DNA from: Endomicrobium sp.
GTDB lineage: Bacteria > Elusimicrobiota > Endomicrobiia > Endomicrobiales > Endomicrobiaceae
Direction: 5' to 3'
Length of the DNA stretch: 64,000 nucleotides
Assembly: GCA_031271205.1 (NCBI GenBank)
Contig: JAISWG010000015.1
Span: 2,858 to 66,857, forward strand
Made by a program: the position numbers and the translations under genes. The notes under the pieces are model-generated. The model was not told the origin of the DNA. It saw nothing but the letters and a program-made list of their open reading frames with translations, and made no database searches. Within the stretch, counting starts at the first letter, position 1. Each line of letters starts with the position of its first letter. Positions 10,346 through 21,465 of this stretch are shown here, one piece after another.

Positions 10346-11689
10346 ATGAAAATGTTTGGTACAGATGGAATTAGGGGAGATTCTTCTAAATTTCCATTTG
10401 ATAATGCTACTCTTAATATTATAGGTCGTTCTATAGCCGAGGCTCTGGGTGCTAATAAGCGCATTCTTATTGTTCGTGACACTAGAGAGTCTGGTGAAAG
10501 GATCCAGGCAAGGCTTTCTGAAGGAATGTTTGCCAGTGGAGCAAAGATGGTGTTTGGTAGCATTATGCCTACGTCTGCAGCTTCTTTACTTGTAAAGAAT
10601 GGAGAGTATTGTGCTGCAGTTGTTATATCTGCTAGTCATAACCATTATACAGATAACGGAATTAAAATTTTTAATTCCAATGGATCTAAACTTTCAAGAT
10701 CAATAGAAGAGAAAATAGAAACAAAGATAAATAAATACATTGCTTTAAAAGACGTTTTGCCAATAAAAAATGTATCTTTAAAAGAAAATTTAAAACTTGT
10801 AAAGTTTTATGAAGATTTTATTATAAAAAACTTTTCTGGTAAAAAACTTAAAAGTAAGATTATAATTTTAGATTGTGCACATGGTGCTTCCTATAAGTGT
10901 GCCCCGCGCATTTTTAAAAAATTGGGTGCAAGTGTTATAGCATTAAACGCTAATCCTGATGGTAAGAATATAAATTTAAATTGTGGTGCGTTACACCCTC
11001 AATCTCTGTGTAAAGCTGTGAAAAAATATAATGCTTTTTGCGGATTTGCTTTTGATGGTGACGCTGATAGACTGATATGTGTTGATGAAAATGGCATGAT
11101 AAGAGATGGCGATTACTTTTTATCATCAATGTCTATATGGTTAAAAAGTAAAAATAAACTTAAAAATAATACTTTAGTTTCAACTGTTATGGCAAATATA
11201 GGACTGTTTCTTGCCTTAAAGAAAGAAAAAATAAAAGTTATATTTTCTGAAGTTGGCGATAAATATGTTATGGAAAATATGAAGAAGTATAAAGCCTCTC
11301 TTGGCGGAGAGCAATCAGGACATTTTATATTTAAAGATATATTAGCTACTGGTGATGGAATTTTGAGTTCTGTTATGATTCTTTCTGCTTTGAGTGGTAC
11401 AGGCAAAACAATGTCAGACTTTATGAACGTTATTGAGAAATTTCCACAGATTTTGATAAATAGAAAAGTGAGTAAGAAAGTTCCTATTGAAAAGCTTTCT
11501 AATTCTTATAATTTAATAAAAGCTTATGAAAAATTTCTTGGTTCTGATGGACGTGTACTTGTAAGATATTCAGGTACAGAAAATTTTTTGAGGGTTATGG
11601 TTGAGGGGGGAGGTAGAAATATTGACGAGATTAAAAATATTGCTGAAAGTATAGCCGATGCAGTTGAGAAAGAAACATCTCTACAATAA
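10346..11689 (+). CDS. glmM: Phosphoglucosamine mutase
   Basis: FGTDGIRG, ISASHN, DGDADR, GGEQSGH, RYSGTE. Confidence 0.97.
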   Translation: MKMFGTDGIRGDSSKFPFDNATLNIIGRSIAEALGANKRILIVRDTRESGERIQARLSEGMFASGAKMVFGSIMPTSAASLLVKNGEYCAAVVISASHNHYTDNGIKIFNSNGSKLSRSIEEKIETKINKYIALKDVLPIKNVSLKENLKLVKFYEDFIIKNFSGKKLKSKIIILDCAHGASYKCAPRIFKKLGASVIALNANPDGKNINLNCGALHPQSLCKAVKKYNAFCGFAFDGDADRLICVDENGMIRDGDYFLSSMSIWLKSKNKLKNNTLVSTVMANIGLFLALKKEKIKVIFSEVGDKYVMENMKKYKASLGGEQSGHFIFKDILATGDGILSSVMILSALSGTGKTMSDFMNVIEKFPQILINRKVSKKVPIEKLSNSYNLIKAYEKFLGSDGRVLVRYSGTENFLRVMVEGGGRNIDEIKNIAESIADAVEKETSLQ

Positions 11690-11701
11690 AAAAGCAGAGA
11701 G

Positions 11702-12454
11702 GTGAAAAAGATGATCAAATTAGGTGTAAATATTGACCACATAGCTACGTTAAGGCAGGCTCGCAGAGAAGGTGTTCCGTCGGTTGTTGAAGCCGCTCTT
11801 GTGTGCGAAAAAGCTGGAGCTTATGGAATTACTGTTCATTTGAGAGAAGATAGAAGACATATTCAAGACTATGACGCTTATAACTTGCGGGAAATTTTAA
11901 AAATTAAATTAAATCTAGAGATAGCTGTAACTGAGAAAGTTCTTGGCGTTGCTTTAGATGTTAAACCGGACTCTGTGTGTATAGTTCCAGAAAAAAGAGA
12001 AGAGCTTACCACTGAGGGCGGGCTTGATGTTAAAAATAACAAAAAAAATCTTTCTAGTGTTGTGTCTAAGCTTAGAAAATCTGGGATTGTGGTTAGCATA
12101 TTTATTGATCCAGACATAGAACAAGTTTCTGCTTGTTCTGAAGTAGGAGCGGATGCGGTTGAGTTGCACACTGGAAAATATTCTTTACTTTTTAAAGAAA
12201 GTAGTTCTTTGTTGACAAAATGTAAAGACGAACTTAATAGGATTGCTGAAGCTTCAAAAGAAGCTCTTAAAAGAAATCTTATATTGAATGTCGGACATGG
12301 ACTTGATTACGAGAATGTAGGTCAAGTATGTAAAATTTATGGTGTGAATGAATTTAATATAGGATTTTCAATAATTTCTAAAGCAATATTTAATGGTCTT
12401 CAAAAAGCTGTTTTTGATATGAAAAAACTGATAGAGCATAACTCAAATTTGTAA
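11702..12454 (+). CDS. pdxJ: Pyridoxine 5'-phosphate synthase
   Basis: LGVNIDHIATLRQAR, HLREDRRHI, TTEGGL, ELHTG, GHGL. Confidence 0.97.
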   Translation: MKKMIKLGVNIDHIATLRQARREGVPSVVEAALVCEKAGAYGITVHLREDRRHIQDYDAYNLREILKIKLNLEIAVTEKVLGVALDVKPDSVCIVPEKREELTTEGGLDVKNNKKNLSSVVSKLRKSGIVVSIFIDPDIEQVSACSEVGADAVELHTGKYSLLFKESSSLLTKCKDELNRIAEASKEALKRNLILNVGHGLDYENVGQVCKIYGVNEFNIGFSIISKAIFNGLQKAVFDMKKLIEHNSNL

Positions 12455-12472
12455 ATTTAGAGAGGTCTACGC

Positions 12473-14302
12473 ATGTGTGGAGTAGTAGGTTATATAGGTG
12501 GAAAAAATGCTGTAGATGTAGTTGTTAATGGATTAAAAAAACTTGAATATAGAGGATATGATTCTTCTGGTGTTGCTGTTGTTAAAGATGGTCAGTTGCA
12601 AATCATACGAAGTGTAGGCAAATTAAAAAATCTTGAAGAAAATATAGAAAAAAAACATTTAAAATCAAATATCTCTATAGGTCATACCCGTTGGGCTACA
12701 CACGGTAAACCGTCAGAAGAAAATGCTCACCCGCATGCAGATCCAACCAAAAGTATAGTTATAGTTCATAATGGAATAGTAGAGAATTATGCCGAATTAA
12801 AATCAGATCTTGAAAAGGAAGGTAAGGAATTTAAATCTGAAACTGATACTGAAGTAATAGCTCATCTTATAAAAAAACATTATAAAAATAATTTACTTTT
12901 TGCAGTTCAGGAAAGTCTTAAAGAAATAAAAGGTTCATATGCTCTTGGTGTAATATGTAAAGATGAGCCAGATAAAATAATATGTGCAAGACAAGATGCT
13001 CCTCTCATCATTGGCATAGGTAAAGGTGAAAATTTTTTGGCTTCAGATATTCCAGCATTGCTTTCTTACACTCGTGATATGATTTTTCTTGAGAACGGTG
13101 ATATTGCAGAATTGACCACCAGTAGAATAATAATAACTGATATTGAAAATAATGTAAAAAAGAGAGAAGTAAAAAATATAAAATGGGATTATGTACAGAC
13201 TGAAAAAAAAGGTTATAAACATTTTATGCTTAAAGAAATATATGAACAGCCTAGAACTATTGAAGATACTTTTATGGGTAGGATTTATCCAGATGAAGGT
13301 CGTGTTTATATTAAAAAAATTAAATTGTCAGAAAAAGATATTAAAAATATATCAAATGTTTATATTGTTGGTTGCGGAACCTCATATCATTCCGGACTTG
13401 TTTCAAAATTTTTTTTTGAGAATTTTGCAAAAATACATGCAGAAGTTGATATAGCATCAGAGTTTAGATATAGAGAGCCTATTTTGAATGACAGGACTCT
13501 TGTTATGGTAATTTCTCAATCAGGAGAGACAGCGGATACTCTGGCAGCTCTAAGGCTTGCTAAGAGTAAAGGCTGCATAACTTTGGCGATTTGTAATGTT
13601 GTTGGGTCTAGCATGAGCCGTGAGGCTGACCATGTATTATACACTCACTGTGGGCCAGAAATAGGTGTTGCATCTACGAAAGCTTTTACTGGACAGATCG
13701 CTGCTATTTATATACTTGCATTGGATTGGGCATGGAGAAAAAAAAGTCTTTCAAAAGAAGAGTTAAAAAGATATTTAAAGGAGTTATGGGAAATTCCTGT
13801 AAAGATAAGAAATTTCTTAAAAGAGTCGGGAAGTGTTCGTGAAGTTGCCAAAAAATTTGCACATAAAAGGAATTTTTTATATTTAGGTAGAAATGTTAAT
13901 TACCCAGTTGCTCTTGAGGGTGCGTTAAAGCTAAAAGAGATTTCTTATATACACGCCGAAGGGTATGCAGCTGGTGAAATAAAGCATGGTCCTATAGCTT
14001 TGATTGATAATGATATGCCTGTGGTTGCTATAGCTGTTAAAAGCAAAATTTACGAAAAAATAATTTCAAATATTGAAGAGGCAAAAGCAAGGGGTGGTAC
14101 TATTATATTAATAGCAAGCGAATCTGACAAAATTGCTTTAGATAATGAGGACAGTGTAATATATGTTCCGGATTGTGATGAATTCATTTCTCCTATTTTA
14201 TCTGTAATTCCTCTTCAGTTGTTGTCTTATTATGTGGCAGTGATGTTGGGTTGCGATGTTGACCAGCCTAGAAATCTTGCTAAATCAGTTACAGTTGAGT
14301 AA
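12473..14302 (+). CDS. glmS: Glutamine--fructose-6-phosphate aminotransferase
   Basis: N-terminal MCG, LEYRGYDS, GHTRWATHG, SQSGETADT, PRNLAKSVTVE. Confidence 0.99.
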   Translation: MCGVVGYIGGKNAVDVVVNGLKKLEYRGYDSSGVAVVKDGQLQIIRSVGKLKNLEENIEKKHLKSNISIGHTRWATHGKPSEENAHPHADPTKSIVIVHNGIVENYAELKSDLEKEGKEFKSETDTEVIAHLIKKHYKNNLLFAVQESLKEIKGSYALGVICKDEPDKIICARQDAPLIIGIGKGENFLASDIPALLSYTRDMIFLENGDIAELTTSRIIITDIENNVKKREVKNIKWDYVQTEKKGYKHFMLKEIYEQPRTIEDTFMGRIYPDEGRVYIKKIKLSEKDIKNISNVYIVGCGTSYHSGLVSKFFFENFAKIHAEVDIASEFRYREPILNDRTLVMVISQSGETADTLAALRLAKSKGCITLAICNVVGSSMSREADHVLYTHCGPEIGVASTKAFTGQIAAIYILALDWAWRKKSLSKEELKRYLKELWEIPVKIRNFLKESGSVREVAKKFAHKRNFLYLGRNVNYPVALEGALKLKEISYIHAEGYAAGEIKHGPIALIDNDMPVVAIAVKSKIYEKIISNIEEAKARGGTIILIASESDKIALDNEDSVIYVPDCDEFISPILSVIPLQLLSYYVAVMLGCDVDQPRNLAKSVTVE

Positions 14303-14471
14303 GTTTTGTTTTGTGTTTTTCTCTAAACTTTTGACTGAAGTGCTTTAGAAATTTTTATTTCATCTATAGAGCATAACTCTGTTTATTAGGTTGTTTGTTA
14401 TGTTGCATGAAGCTTTGCAGACTCTCTACTTTAGCTTCAATTTTTAGAAATTTTATAATCAAAATTTTAAA

Positions 14472-14810
14472 ATGAATATAGGCATAGATATAGAAGAAGT
14501 TAAAAGATTTGATAAATATATAAACGATAAAGCATATCTTAAACGTATATTTTCAAAAAAAGAAATATTATATTCTTTAGCTAAAAAAAATGCAGCGCAG
14601 TATTTGGCTGCTCGTTTTGCAGCTAAAGAAGCTATATGGAAGGCTTTGAGTTCATCAAAAAATAAGAAACTTATAATAACTGATATATCTGTTAGAAACG
14701 ATAAAGATGGCAAACCTCGAGTTTATGTAAAGAATAAGAAGTATAGTAAAATAAATATATCCTTATCTCATACGAAAAAATATGTTGTTGTGGTTGCAAT
14801 TGCTTTTTAA
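14472..14810 (+). CDS. acpS: Holo-ACP synthase
   Basis: IGIDI, ARFAAKEAIWKA, GKP, ISLSHT. Confidence 0.96.
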   Translation: MNIGIDIEEVKRFDKYINDKAYLKRIFSKKEILYSLAKKNAAQYLAARFAAKEAIWKALSSSKNKKLIITDISVRNDKDGKPRVYVKNKKYSKINISLSHTKKYVVVVAIAF

Positions 14811-14814
14811 CGTT

Positions 14815-15651
14815 ATGAAGAAACAAGAGATTAAAAATTTTATCTGCAAATTAAAAAGAAAGCCTGATAGTCATAAATATGATTTTGGACATGTTTTGGT
14901 TATTGCAGGTTCCGAGAGCATGCCTGGTGCTGGAGCTTTATGCTGTTTAGGAGCGTTTTACTCTGGAGCTGGTCTTGTAACATATGCTGTTAAAGAAAGT
15001 TTTTTAATTCAAGCCTGTTCGTTGTCTAAGCCAGAGACGATATTTTACATATATAAAACAGCGTTGGATGTTCTTAACTACGTCAAATTAAGAAAAGTTA
15101 CGTCTATAGTTATAGGGCCAGGACTTAAACCAGATTATAAATTTGTTTATAAGATTATTTCTTCAGTTAATGTTCCTATAGTTTTAGACGCTTCAGGAAT
15201 TGCTGTTTTTAATGGTATTTCAAGCAAGCTTAATGACGTAAAATCTAACCTTATATTAACACCTCATTTGGGAGAATTTTTCAAACTTTTGAATATTTCA
15301 ATTGATTCTGCAAAAATTAACAGAGCAAAAATAGTAACAGATTTTGCTGATAAAAGTTCTATTACATGTGTTCTTAAAGGTAAGGATACGTTTGTTGTGT
15401 CTGGTGGAAAAATTTATATAAATAATACTGGCACCCCTGCTATGGCTACGGCTGGTAGTGGTGATATTTTGAGCGGAATGATAGCTGCATTTATAAATAT
15501 TAATGATGATATTTTTGAGGCCGTAAAGTTTGCAGTATTTGTTCATGGATTAGCAGGGGAAATGGCTGAGAAAGAAAAATGTCAAATAAGTATTGTTGCA
15601 AGTGATATAGCTGAAAATATTTATAGAGCCATAAGGCAGGTTTCGCATTGA
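14815..15651 (+). CDS. nnrD: ADP-dependent NAD(P)HX dehydratase, stand-alone NnrD (ATG 14815 preferred over 14782)
   Basis: HKYDFG, AGSESMPGA, IGPGL, DA, LTPHLGEF, LKG, MATAGSGDILSG. Confidence 0.92.
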   Translation: MKKQEIKNFICKLKRKPDSHKYDFGHVLVIAGSESMPGAGALCCLGAFYSGAGLVTYAVKESFLIQACSLSKPETIFYIYKTALDVLNYVKLRKVTSIVIGPGLKPDYKFVYKIISSVNVPIVLDASGIAVFNGISSKLNDVKSNLILTPHLGEFFKLLNISIDSAKINRAKIVTDFADKSSITCVLKGKDTFVVSGGKIYINNTGTPAMATAGSGDILSGMIAAFININDDIFEAVKFAVFVHGLAGEMAEKEKCQISIVASDIAENIYRAIRQVSH

Positions 15652-15663
15652 TATGGAGACAAA

Positions 15664-15937
15664 ATGGATTTTGAAAGAAAAGTTATAGAAAGCAGAAGGC
15701 ACATACATAAAAATCCAGAATTAGGTGAAAAGGAATTTAAAACTGCAAAATTTATTGAGTCTAAATCTAATGAATTAAAAATTCCACGTAAACGAGTTTG
15801 TAGTAGCGGTGTAGTTTTGGGTATTATAAAAGGAAAATTTTTGGTAGAAAAAAACATGGCCTTAAGAGCTTGATATAGATGCTTTAAGTGTTTGTGAGTA
15901 ATAAAATAATATTGATTATAAGTCAGTAAATATGGGG
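15664..15937 (+). pseudogene. M20D family amidohydrolase pseudogene (frameshifted, truncated)
   Basis: RRHIHKNPELGEKEFKTA, then ALRA/+1 frameshift/DIDAL, then DYKSVNMG. The expected HACGHD motif and the rest of the gene are not recognisable. Confidence 0.85.
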
Positions 15938-16068
15938 TGGGTTCTAAAAAATAGGTTTAAAGTATGGTGTTATATAGAAATTATTGGAGCTTATCTTTAT
16001 ATAGCAAGCATATAGTGTGACACCAATTAGATTTTTACTTATTTGGAGTTTTATTTTGATAAATTTGT

Positions 16069-16116
16069 AGAAAGGTCAAGATAATATAAAATATTGATCT
16101 TGACCTTTCTGTTTTT
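16069..16116 (+). terminator. Hairpin / probable intrinsic terminator
   Basis: Perfect 14-bp inverted repeat AGAAAGGTCAAGAT (16069-16082) / ATCTTGACCTTTCT (16097-16110), followed by GTTTTT. Confidence 0.65.
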
Positions 16117-17567
16117 GTGATTAAAATTTATGATGTTACAGGTGTAAATTTTGTAATGGTTGTGATGCTAATAAATATTTTGAAATACGTGTAAACTATG
16201 ATTCTTTAAGATTGTTCATAGATTGTTGAGATATATTATTTTGTTAAAAATAGAAAATCTATATTTGTTGCAAGATCTAATTTTATAAACTTTTTATTTA
16301 GAAAAATGTAAGCATGATCAAAATATTATAAAACCTATAGTTTTTTGAACACAGTTGTAAATATGATATATAAACCTTGCGGGAGTAACCTCTTTTTGGC
16401 AATTGTAATCTATCAGATATTGCTGTAAGATTATTTTATATATGAGAGATAATAGAGAATTAAGTTCTTTGTTGTTATTTTAAAGTTAAAAATAAATTCA
16501 TAGAGTTTTTGTCATTGTTGTTTTGTCAGGTTGTAAAATTTTTGATGTCAGAGATTTAAATTTTTATTAATAATTATTGGATCAAATAATATAAATTTTT
16601 TGACAAACAGAAACTATATCATATAATCTTTACGATTTTTATTTTGAAATTGTAAGAAATGTTAGCAAAATGGAAGATGCTTATCAAAAAAAAGATTATT
16701 ATACTTTTAATCATTTAGATAGAACCAAGACAATTGTTATTGAATAGTAAATCATATTACTGTTTCGTTAGTTTTTTATTTTCAGTAATACCTGCTTGTT
16801 TTATATCACCAAGAATGGTATATAAATGGTAGAATGTGCTCTGAGGTTTGTCTGTAGAAGAGATTATTTAGGAACAATAAATATAATATCTGTTATTGAT
16901 ATTTTATAGTGTTTTATACGTTTGTTACAAACTTTAATGGACAATCTCGAAATGAATGTATAACCTTTTAAGAATGCGTAATCTGCGTTAAGAGTTTAAA
17001 ATAATGCGATTTTGTAGTCTGTGAAAAGATATTTATAACATATACACCCTCCCCCATACATAGTCTAAAGTTTTTGTTGAGTTTTTGAAATATCTAAAAT
17101 TTGATAGGCTTTTATTTTTACAATTAAGCAACACAGTTGGACAAGTAATAGACAAATGTTTGATGTCAAAAATTGTTTTTATCTAGATGTTAGAAACACC
17201 AAGAATTCTGATCATGGATATATTTTAATTAAAAAACTATAAAAAAGCATAAAGATAGGAGTTTGCCAGGCGTAGGTATTGTTTTTTTTGTAATTGCTTT
17301 GATTAGTTCAAGGGTTTCTTACAAATTGTTTTGTTTTTTGTGGTATTTGAAGATAAAAGTTATAAAAATAAGGGAAAAGCTTTCAGAATTTATAGTTTTT
17401 TGGAAAAACAGTGGTGTTTTATAAAGAGAATTGACTAAAAAGTTTGAATAATTTATAAAAAATAGGGAGGAATAATAAAAAAGGTGTTGGAAAATATAAA
17501 AGATAGAAATAATTTATTTTGGAAGTTGTGTTTTTAATGTATCTTTAAATTAATGAGGTGAAGGAAA

Positions 17568-18590
17568 GTGATTAGAGCAGGAATTATAGGAATAACTGGC
17601 TATACAGGCGAAGAACTTTTAAAGCTTCTTTCAAAGCATGATGACGTTAAAATAACTGGGATTTATGGCAGAAGCTCGTCGGAGAAAAGAGATTTGAAAG
17701 ATGTTTATCCAAAGTTTGCTGGTTTAAATTTAAAAGTAGAACCTTTGAACATAGAACAAGTACTAACTAACTGTGATATTGTTTTTCTTGCTTTGCCACA
17801 TGCTATTGCTTTTGAAATTGTTCCACATCTTATTGATTTAGGCGTAAAAGTTATAGATTTATCAGCAGATTTCAGATTAAAAAGTGCCGATGTATATGAA
17901 AAATGGTATAATGCAATCCATACAGCAAAAGATTACATAGACAAAGCTATTTACGGTTTATCTGAGCTTAATGATAAAGAAATTAAAAATGCATTTTTAG
18001 TTGCAAATCCTGGTTGTTACCCTACAAGCATTATTTTAGGTTGTGCTCCAGCGATAAAAAATGGATTTGTAGATTTGAATGGAATAGTTATAGATTCTAA
18101 AAGCGGTATTTCAGGCGCAGGAAGAAAATCTGCTTTGGAATATTTTAGAAACGAATATCCAAACTTTACAGCTTATAAAATTGCTGGAAGTCACAGACAT
18201 ATTCCAGAAATAGAACAAGAGTTTGCAAATCTTTCTGGTGAGAAAATAGTAGTAAGTTTTACGCCTCATATTATGCCTGTTGAAAGGGGAATGCTTTCAA
18301 CTATTTACATAAATCTTAGACAAAATATTAAGACATACACAGTGATAGAAAGATATAGAGAATTTTATAAAGGTAGGGAATTTGTAAAAATTCTTGATGA
18401 AGGTGTAGTACCTGGAATTAAAGATGTTGTAAATACAAATTTTTGTGAAATAAGTGTAAAAGTGGACGAAAGAGCAAAAATGCTTGTTATAGTTTCAGTT
18501 ATAGATAATTTAGTAAAAGGGGCCTCGGGACAGGCAGTTCAGAACATGAATCTTATGTTTGGTTTATCAGAAACTGCAAGCTTATATTAA
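17568..18590 (+). CDS. argC: N-acetyl-gamma-glutamyl-phosphate reductase
   Basis: [45 protein letters not shown]. Confidence 0.98.
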   Translation: MIRAGIIGITGYTGEELLKLLSKHDDVKITGIYGRSSSEKRDLKDVYPKFAGLNLKVEPLNIEQVLTNCDIVFLALPHAIAFEIVPHLIDLGVKVIDLSADFRLKSADVYEKWYNAIHTAKDYIDKAIYGLSELNDKEIKNAFLVANPGCYPTSIILGCAPAIKNGFVDLNGIVIDSKSGISGAGRKSALEYFRNEYPNFTAYKIAGSHRHIPEIEQEFANLSGEKIVVSFTPHIMPVERGMLSTIYINLRQNIKTYTVIERYREFYKGREFVKILDEGVVPGIKDVVNTNFCEISVKVDERAKMLVIVSVIDNLVKGASGQAVQNMNLMFGLSETASLY

Positions 18591-18603
18591 GGAGAAAGTT
18601 TAA

Positions 18604-19809
18604 ATGCTTCCAAAAGGTTTTAAAGTTGGTGGAATCCGTTCAGAATTGTCGAAAAAAGAAGGAAAGAAAGATTTGGCGCTTTTTATTTCCGATGTTCCGG
18701 CTAATACAGCATGTATTTTTACACAAAATATAGTAAAGGCTGCTCCTGTTCTTTTAGATATTGAAAGATTAAAGATAAGAGATAAATTTTCGGGTGTTAT
18801 AGCAAATTCTGGTTGCGCTAATGCTTGTACGGGAACTAAGGGATTAGAAGATGCTGAATATATCTGTTCAATCTGTGAAAACATTTTTGAGTTGGATTCA
18901 GTCTCGTTACTGTGTGCTTCTACAGGAGTTATAGGACAATATTTAAACGTTTCTAAAGATGCTTTTCCCGAAAAAATTAAATTCTTGAGAGATAGCATTG
19001 GGACGTCTCTTAAAAATGAAGAAGAATCTATTCTTGCCATAATGACTACAGATACGCTAATAAAGAAGGTTAATAAGGAAGTTGTTATTAAAGGCAGTAA
19101 AGTTAGAATTTGGGGTTGTGTCAAAGGTGCTGGAATGATTCACCCTAATTTACAGGGACTTCATGCTACAATGCTTTCATTTATATTAACGGACGCTGAT
19201 ATAGAAAGCGTGACTCTTCAAAGAATTTTAGAAGAATCTGCAGACAAATCTTTTAATTGTGTTTCTATTGATGGAGACACGTCAACAAATGATACTGTTA
19301 TTGTTTTAGCAAATGGTCAAAGCGGAATTGGTAAATTATCTAAAGAAGATTTAACTATTTTTGTAAATGCTTTTGATGAATTGACTTTGGATCTTGCTAA
19401 GTCTGTTGTCAAAGATGGCGAGGGCGCTACTAAATTTATTGAAATTGAAGTAAAAAATGCCAAAACAAAAAAAGATGCAAAATTTATAGCTTCTACTATT
19501 GCTACTTCTCCCCTTTTTAAAACAGCCATGTTTGGTTCTGATGCCAATTGGGGTAGAATTATTGCTGCTATGGGTAGATCTAAGATAGATTTTTTTGATA
19601 TAAATAAAGTTAATATATATATTGGGGGTATTCATACTTTTAAAAATGGTTTTGCTTTAAAGTTTTCTGAAAATGATGCTAAAAAATCCCTTTCTATGAA
19701 AGAAATCAAAGTGATTGTAGATTTGAATATGGGCAGCGAGCTGAGCAAATATTATACTTGTGATTTTTCATATGATTATATACGTATTAATGGAGATTAT
19801 CGTTCATGA
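18604..19809 (+). CDS. argJ: Ornithine acetyltransferase / N-acetylglutamate synthase
   Basis: NSGCANACTG, STGVIG, MTTDT, KGAGMIHP...ATML, DGDTSTND, DGEGATK. Confidence 0.98.
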   Translation: MLPKGFKVGGIRSELSKKEGKKDLALFISDVPANTACIFTQNIVKAAPVLLDIERLKIRDKFSGVIANSGCANACTGTKGLEDAEYICSICENIFELDSVSLLCASTGVIGQYLNVSKDAFPEKIKFLRDSIGTSLKNEEESILAIMTTDTLIKKVNKEVVIKGSKVRIWGCVKGAGMIHPNLQGLHATMLSFILTDADIESVTLQRILEESADKSFNCVSIDGDTSTNDTVIVLANGQSGIGKLSKEDLTIFVNAFDELTLDLAKSVVKDGEGATKFIEIEVKNAKTKKDAKFIASTIATSPLFKTAMFGSDANWGRIIAAMGRSKIDFFDINKVNIYIGGIHTFKNGFALKFSENDAKKSLSMKEIKVIVDLNMGSELSKYYTCDFSYDYIRINGDYRS

Positions 19810-20831
19810 TAGGCAATGTACTTGTGTTATGTGATGTGTTATGACGTTATATTTTGAAGTAGAAAGAAAAAATGATAAAGAAAAGAAAGCTAAAACTCAT
19901 AGATAATTGTTGGACTTTTAGTATAGATGGCGAAAGGGTTTTATTCTTGTAATAAATTTGTTTTGAATGGAAAATAATGCTGAAACAAAAACATGATATT
20001 GTGTTGTTTAATTTAGGGAAAAATGTAAACTTAAAAATATAACAGTTGTAGCTTGATGTTGTGTGGATATTATTAGTAAAAATTTTAGATTTATTAAAAA
20101 GGGTTTAACTTTGTGGTGAGAGTACGGCACAAGATTAACAAAGAATTCTGTGCGAAATAAGAAGAAGGAATATCGTTGAGATATGAAACAGAAGAGTTTG
20201 AAAATGATTAAACACCTGATTATATAAACAGGGAGTTTTTCAATAAAATAAGCCAAAAGAGTATAGTAATTTCAAGATAGGTAGCGTCGTATTGGTATTG
20301 CAAAAAAGTTAAGCCTGGTTTAAGGATATAGAAAAACGGATAAAAAATTTAAAGGTGATTAGAAGAGAGTATACAAATAAAGATCTGATTTCTAAATATA
20401 ATAGCTGGCAAAAGATAAAAATTAATGCCTGATAAGAGAAACTAGCTAAAAAGCTGATATTAAAATACTAAGTGGAAAAAAGTTGTTAAACAATAAAACG
20501 TGACTTGATTGTGAGGTAGATCTGTATGTTTCTATGGATTAATGAATTTACAATGTATAAGCCCGTTTAACGGTGTGTTTTATACTGTTATTGTGTAATT
20601 TTTGTGTGCAAATTAGGTTATTTATACAAGACAAAACAAGGATAAGTATTAAAAAGTTTGTGAAAAGTTGGAATTTGTTAAGAGCAATAACTGTAGGAAT
20701 ATTTTTCGAATAGTATATTGCATTATAACATGAAAAATTGATAGTGAAACATAAAAGCTTATTAAGTTGTTAGATTTGTGACAGCTACGTTAATAATGTT
20801 TTTATATTTTTAATGTGCAAAAGGTGAAATT

Positions 20832-21440
20832 GTGACTTTAAAGATTTCGGCAAAAGACCCTGGTGCTCGTAAGAAAACGGTTGAAATAATAAAAAACGGT
20901 GGGGTGGCTATAGTTCCTACAGAAACTGTTTACGGTTTTGCTGTTGATGCTTTTAATGTTGATGCTCAAAAAAAAATTTACAAGATTAAAGGAAGAAATC
21001 AAAAAAAACCTCTAATTTTAATGGCGGCTAATATTAAAAGTGTTAGGGTGCTTGTTAACATTCCCAAAAAAGCGCTTGAAATTACTAAAAAATTTTGGCC
21101 TGGGCAATTAACGCTTATATTTCCTACTACAGAAATAGGCAAGATTGTGACTGGTGGAAGAAATGACTTAGGTGTAAGAATTCCAAATAATACATTTATG
21201 CTCAAACTTCTTCAAGAAATAAAGACTCCTGTTTTTACAACTTCTGTTAACGTTTCAAACAAAAAAAGCGCAAAGAGTTATGAAGATGTCTTAAATTTTA
21301 ATGGAATAGTTGATATTATAGTTAATGACGGTAAGTGCAAGTTCTCTTTTGAGTCTACAGTTATAGATATGGTACAATTTCCCTATGTTGTTGTAAGGAA
21401 AGGATGTCTAAATTCTAACAAACTGTTAGGGTATATATAA
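20832..21440 (+). CDS. tsaC: L-threonylcarbamoyladenylate synthase (single-domain TsaC/YrdC)
   Basis: PTETVYG, KGR...KPL, FWPGQLT, GVRIP, TSVN, STVID. Confidence 0.93.
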   Translation: MTLKISAKDPGARKKTVEIIKNGGVAIVPTETVYGFAVDAFNVDAQKKIYKIKGRNQKKPLILMAANIKSVRVLVNIPKKALEITKKFWPGQLTLIFPTTEIGKIVTGGRNDLGVRIPNNTFMLKLLQEIKTPVFTTSVNVSNKKSAKSYEDVLNFNGIVDIIVNDGKCKFSFESTVIDMVQFPYVVVRKGCLNSNKLLGYI

Positions 21441-21465
21441 GTTAAGTATAGTTTAATGAGGCAGA

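Noticed and set aside
12455-12472. glmS ribozyme
   Set aside because: Only 18 nt separate pdxJ and glmS.
19810-20831. argB/argD remnant after argC-argJ
   Set aside because: No kinase or aminotransferase motifs recognisable in the frames I could read.
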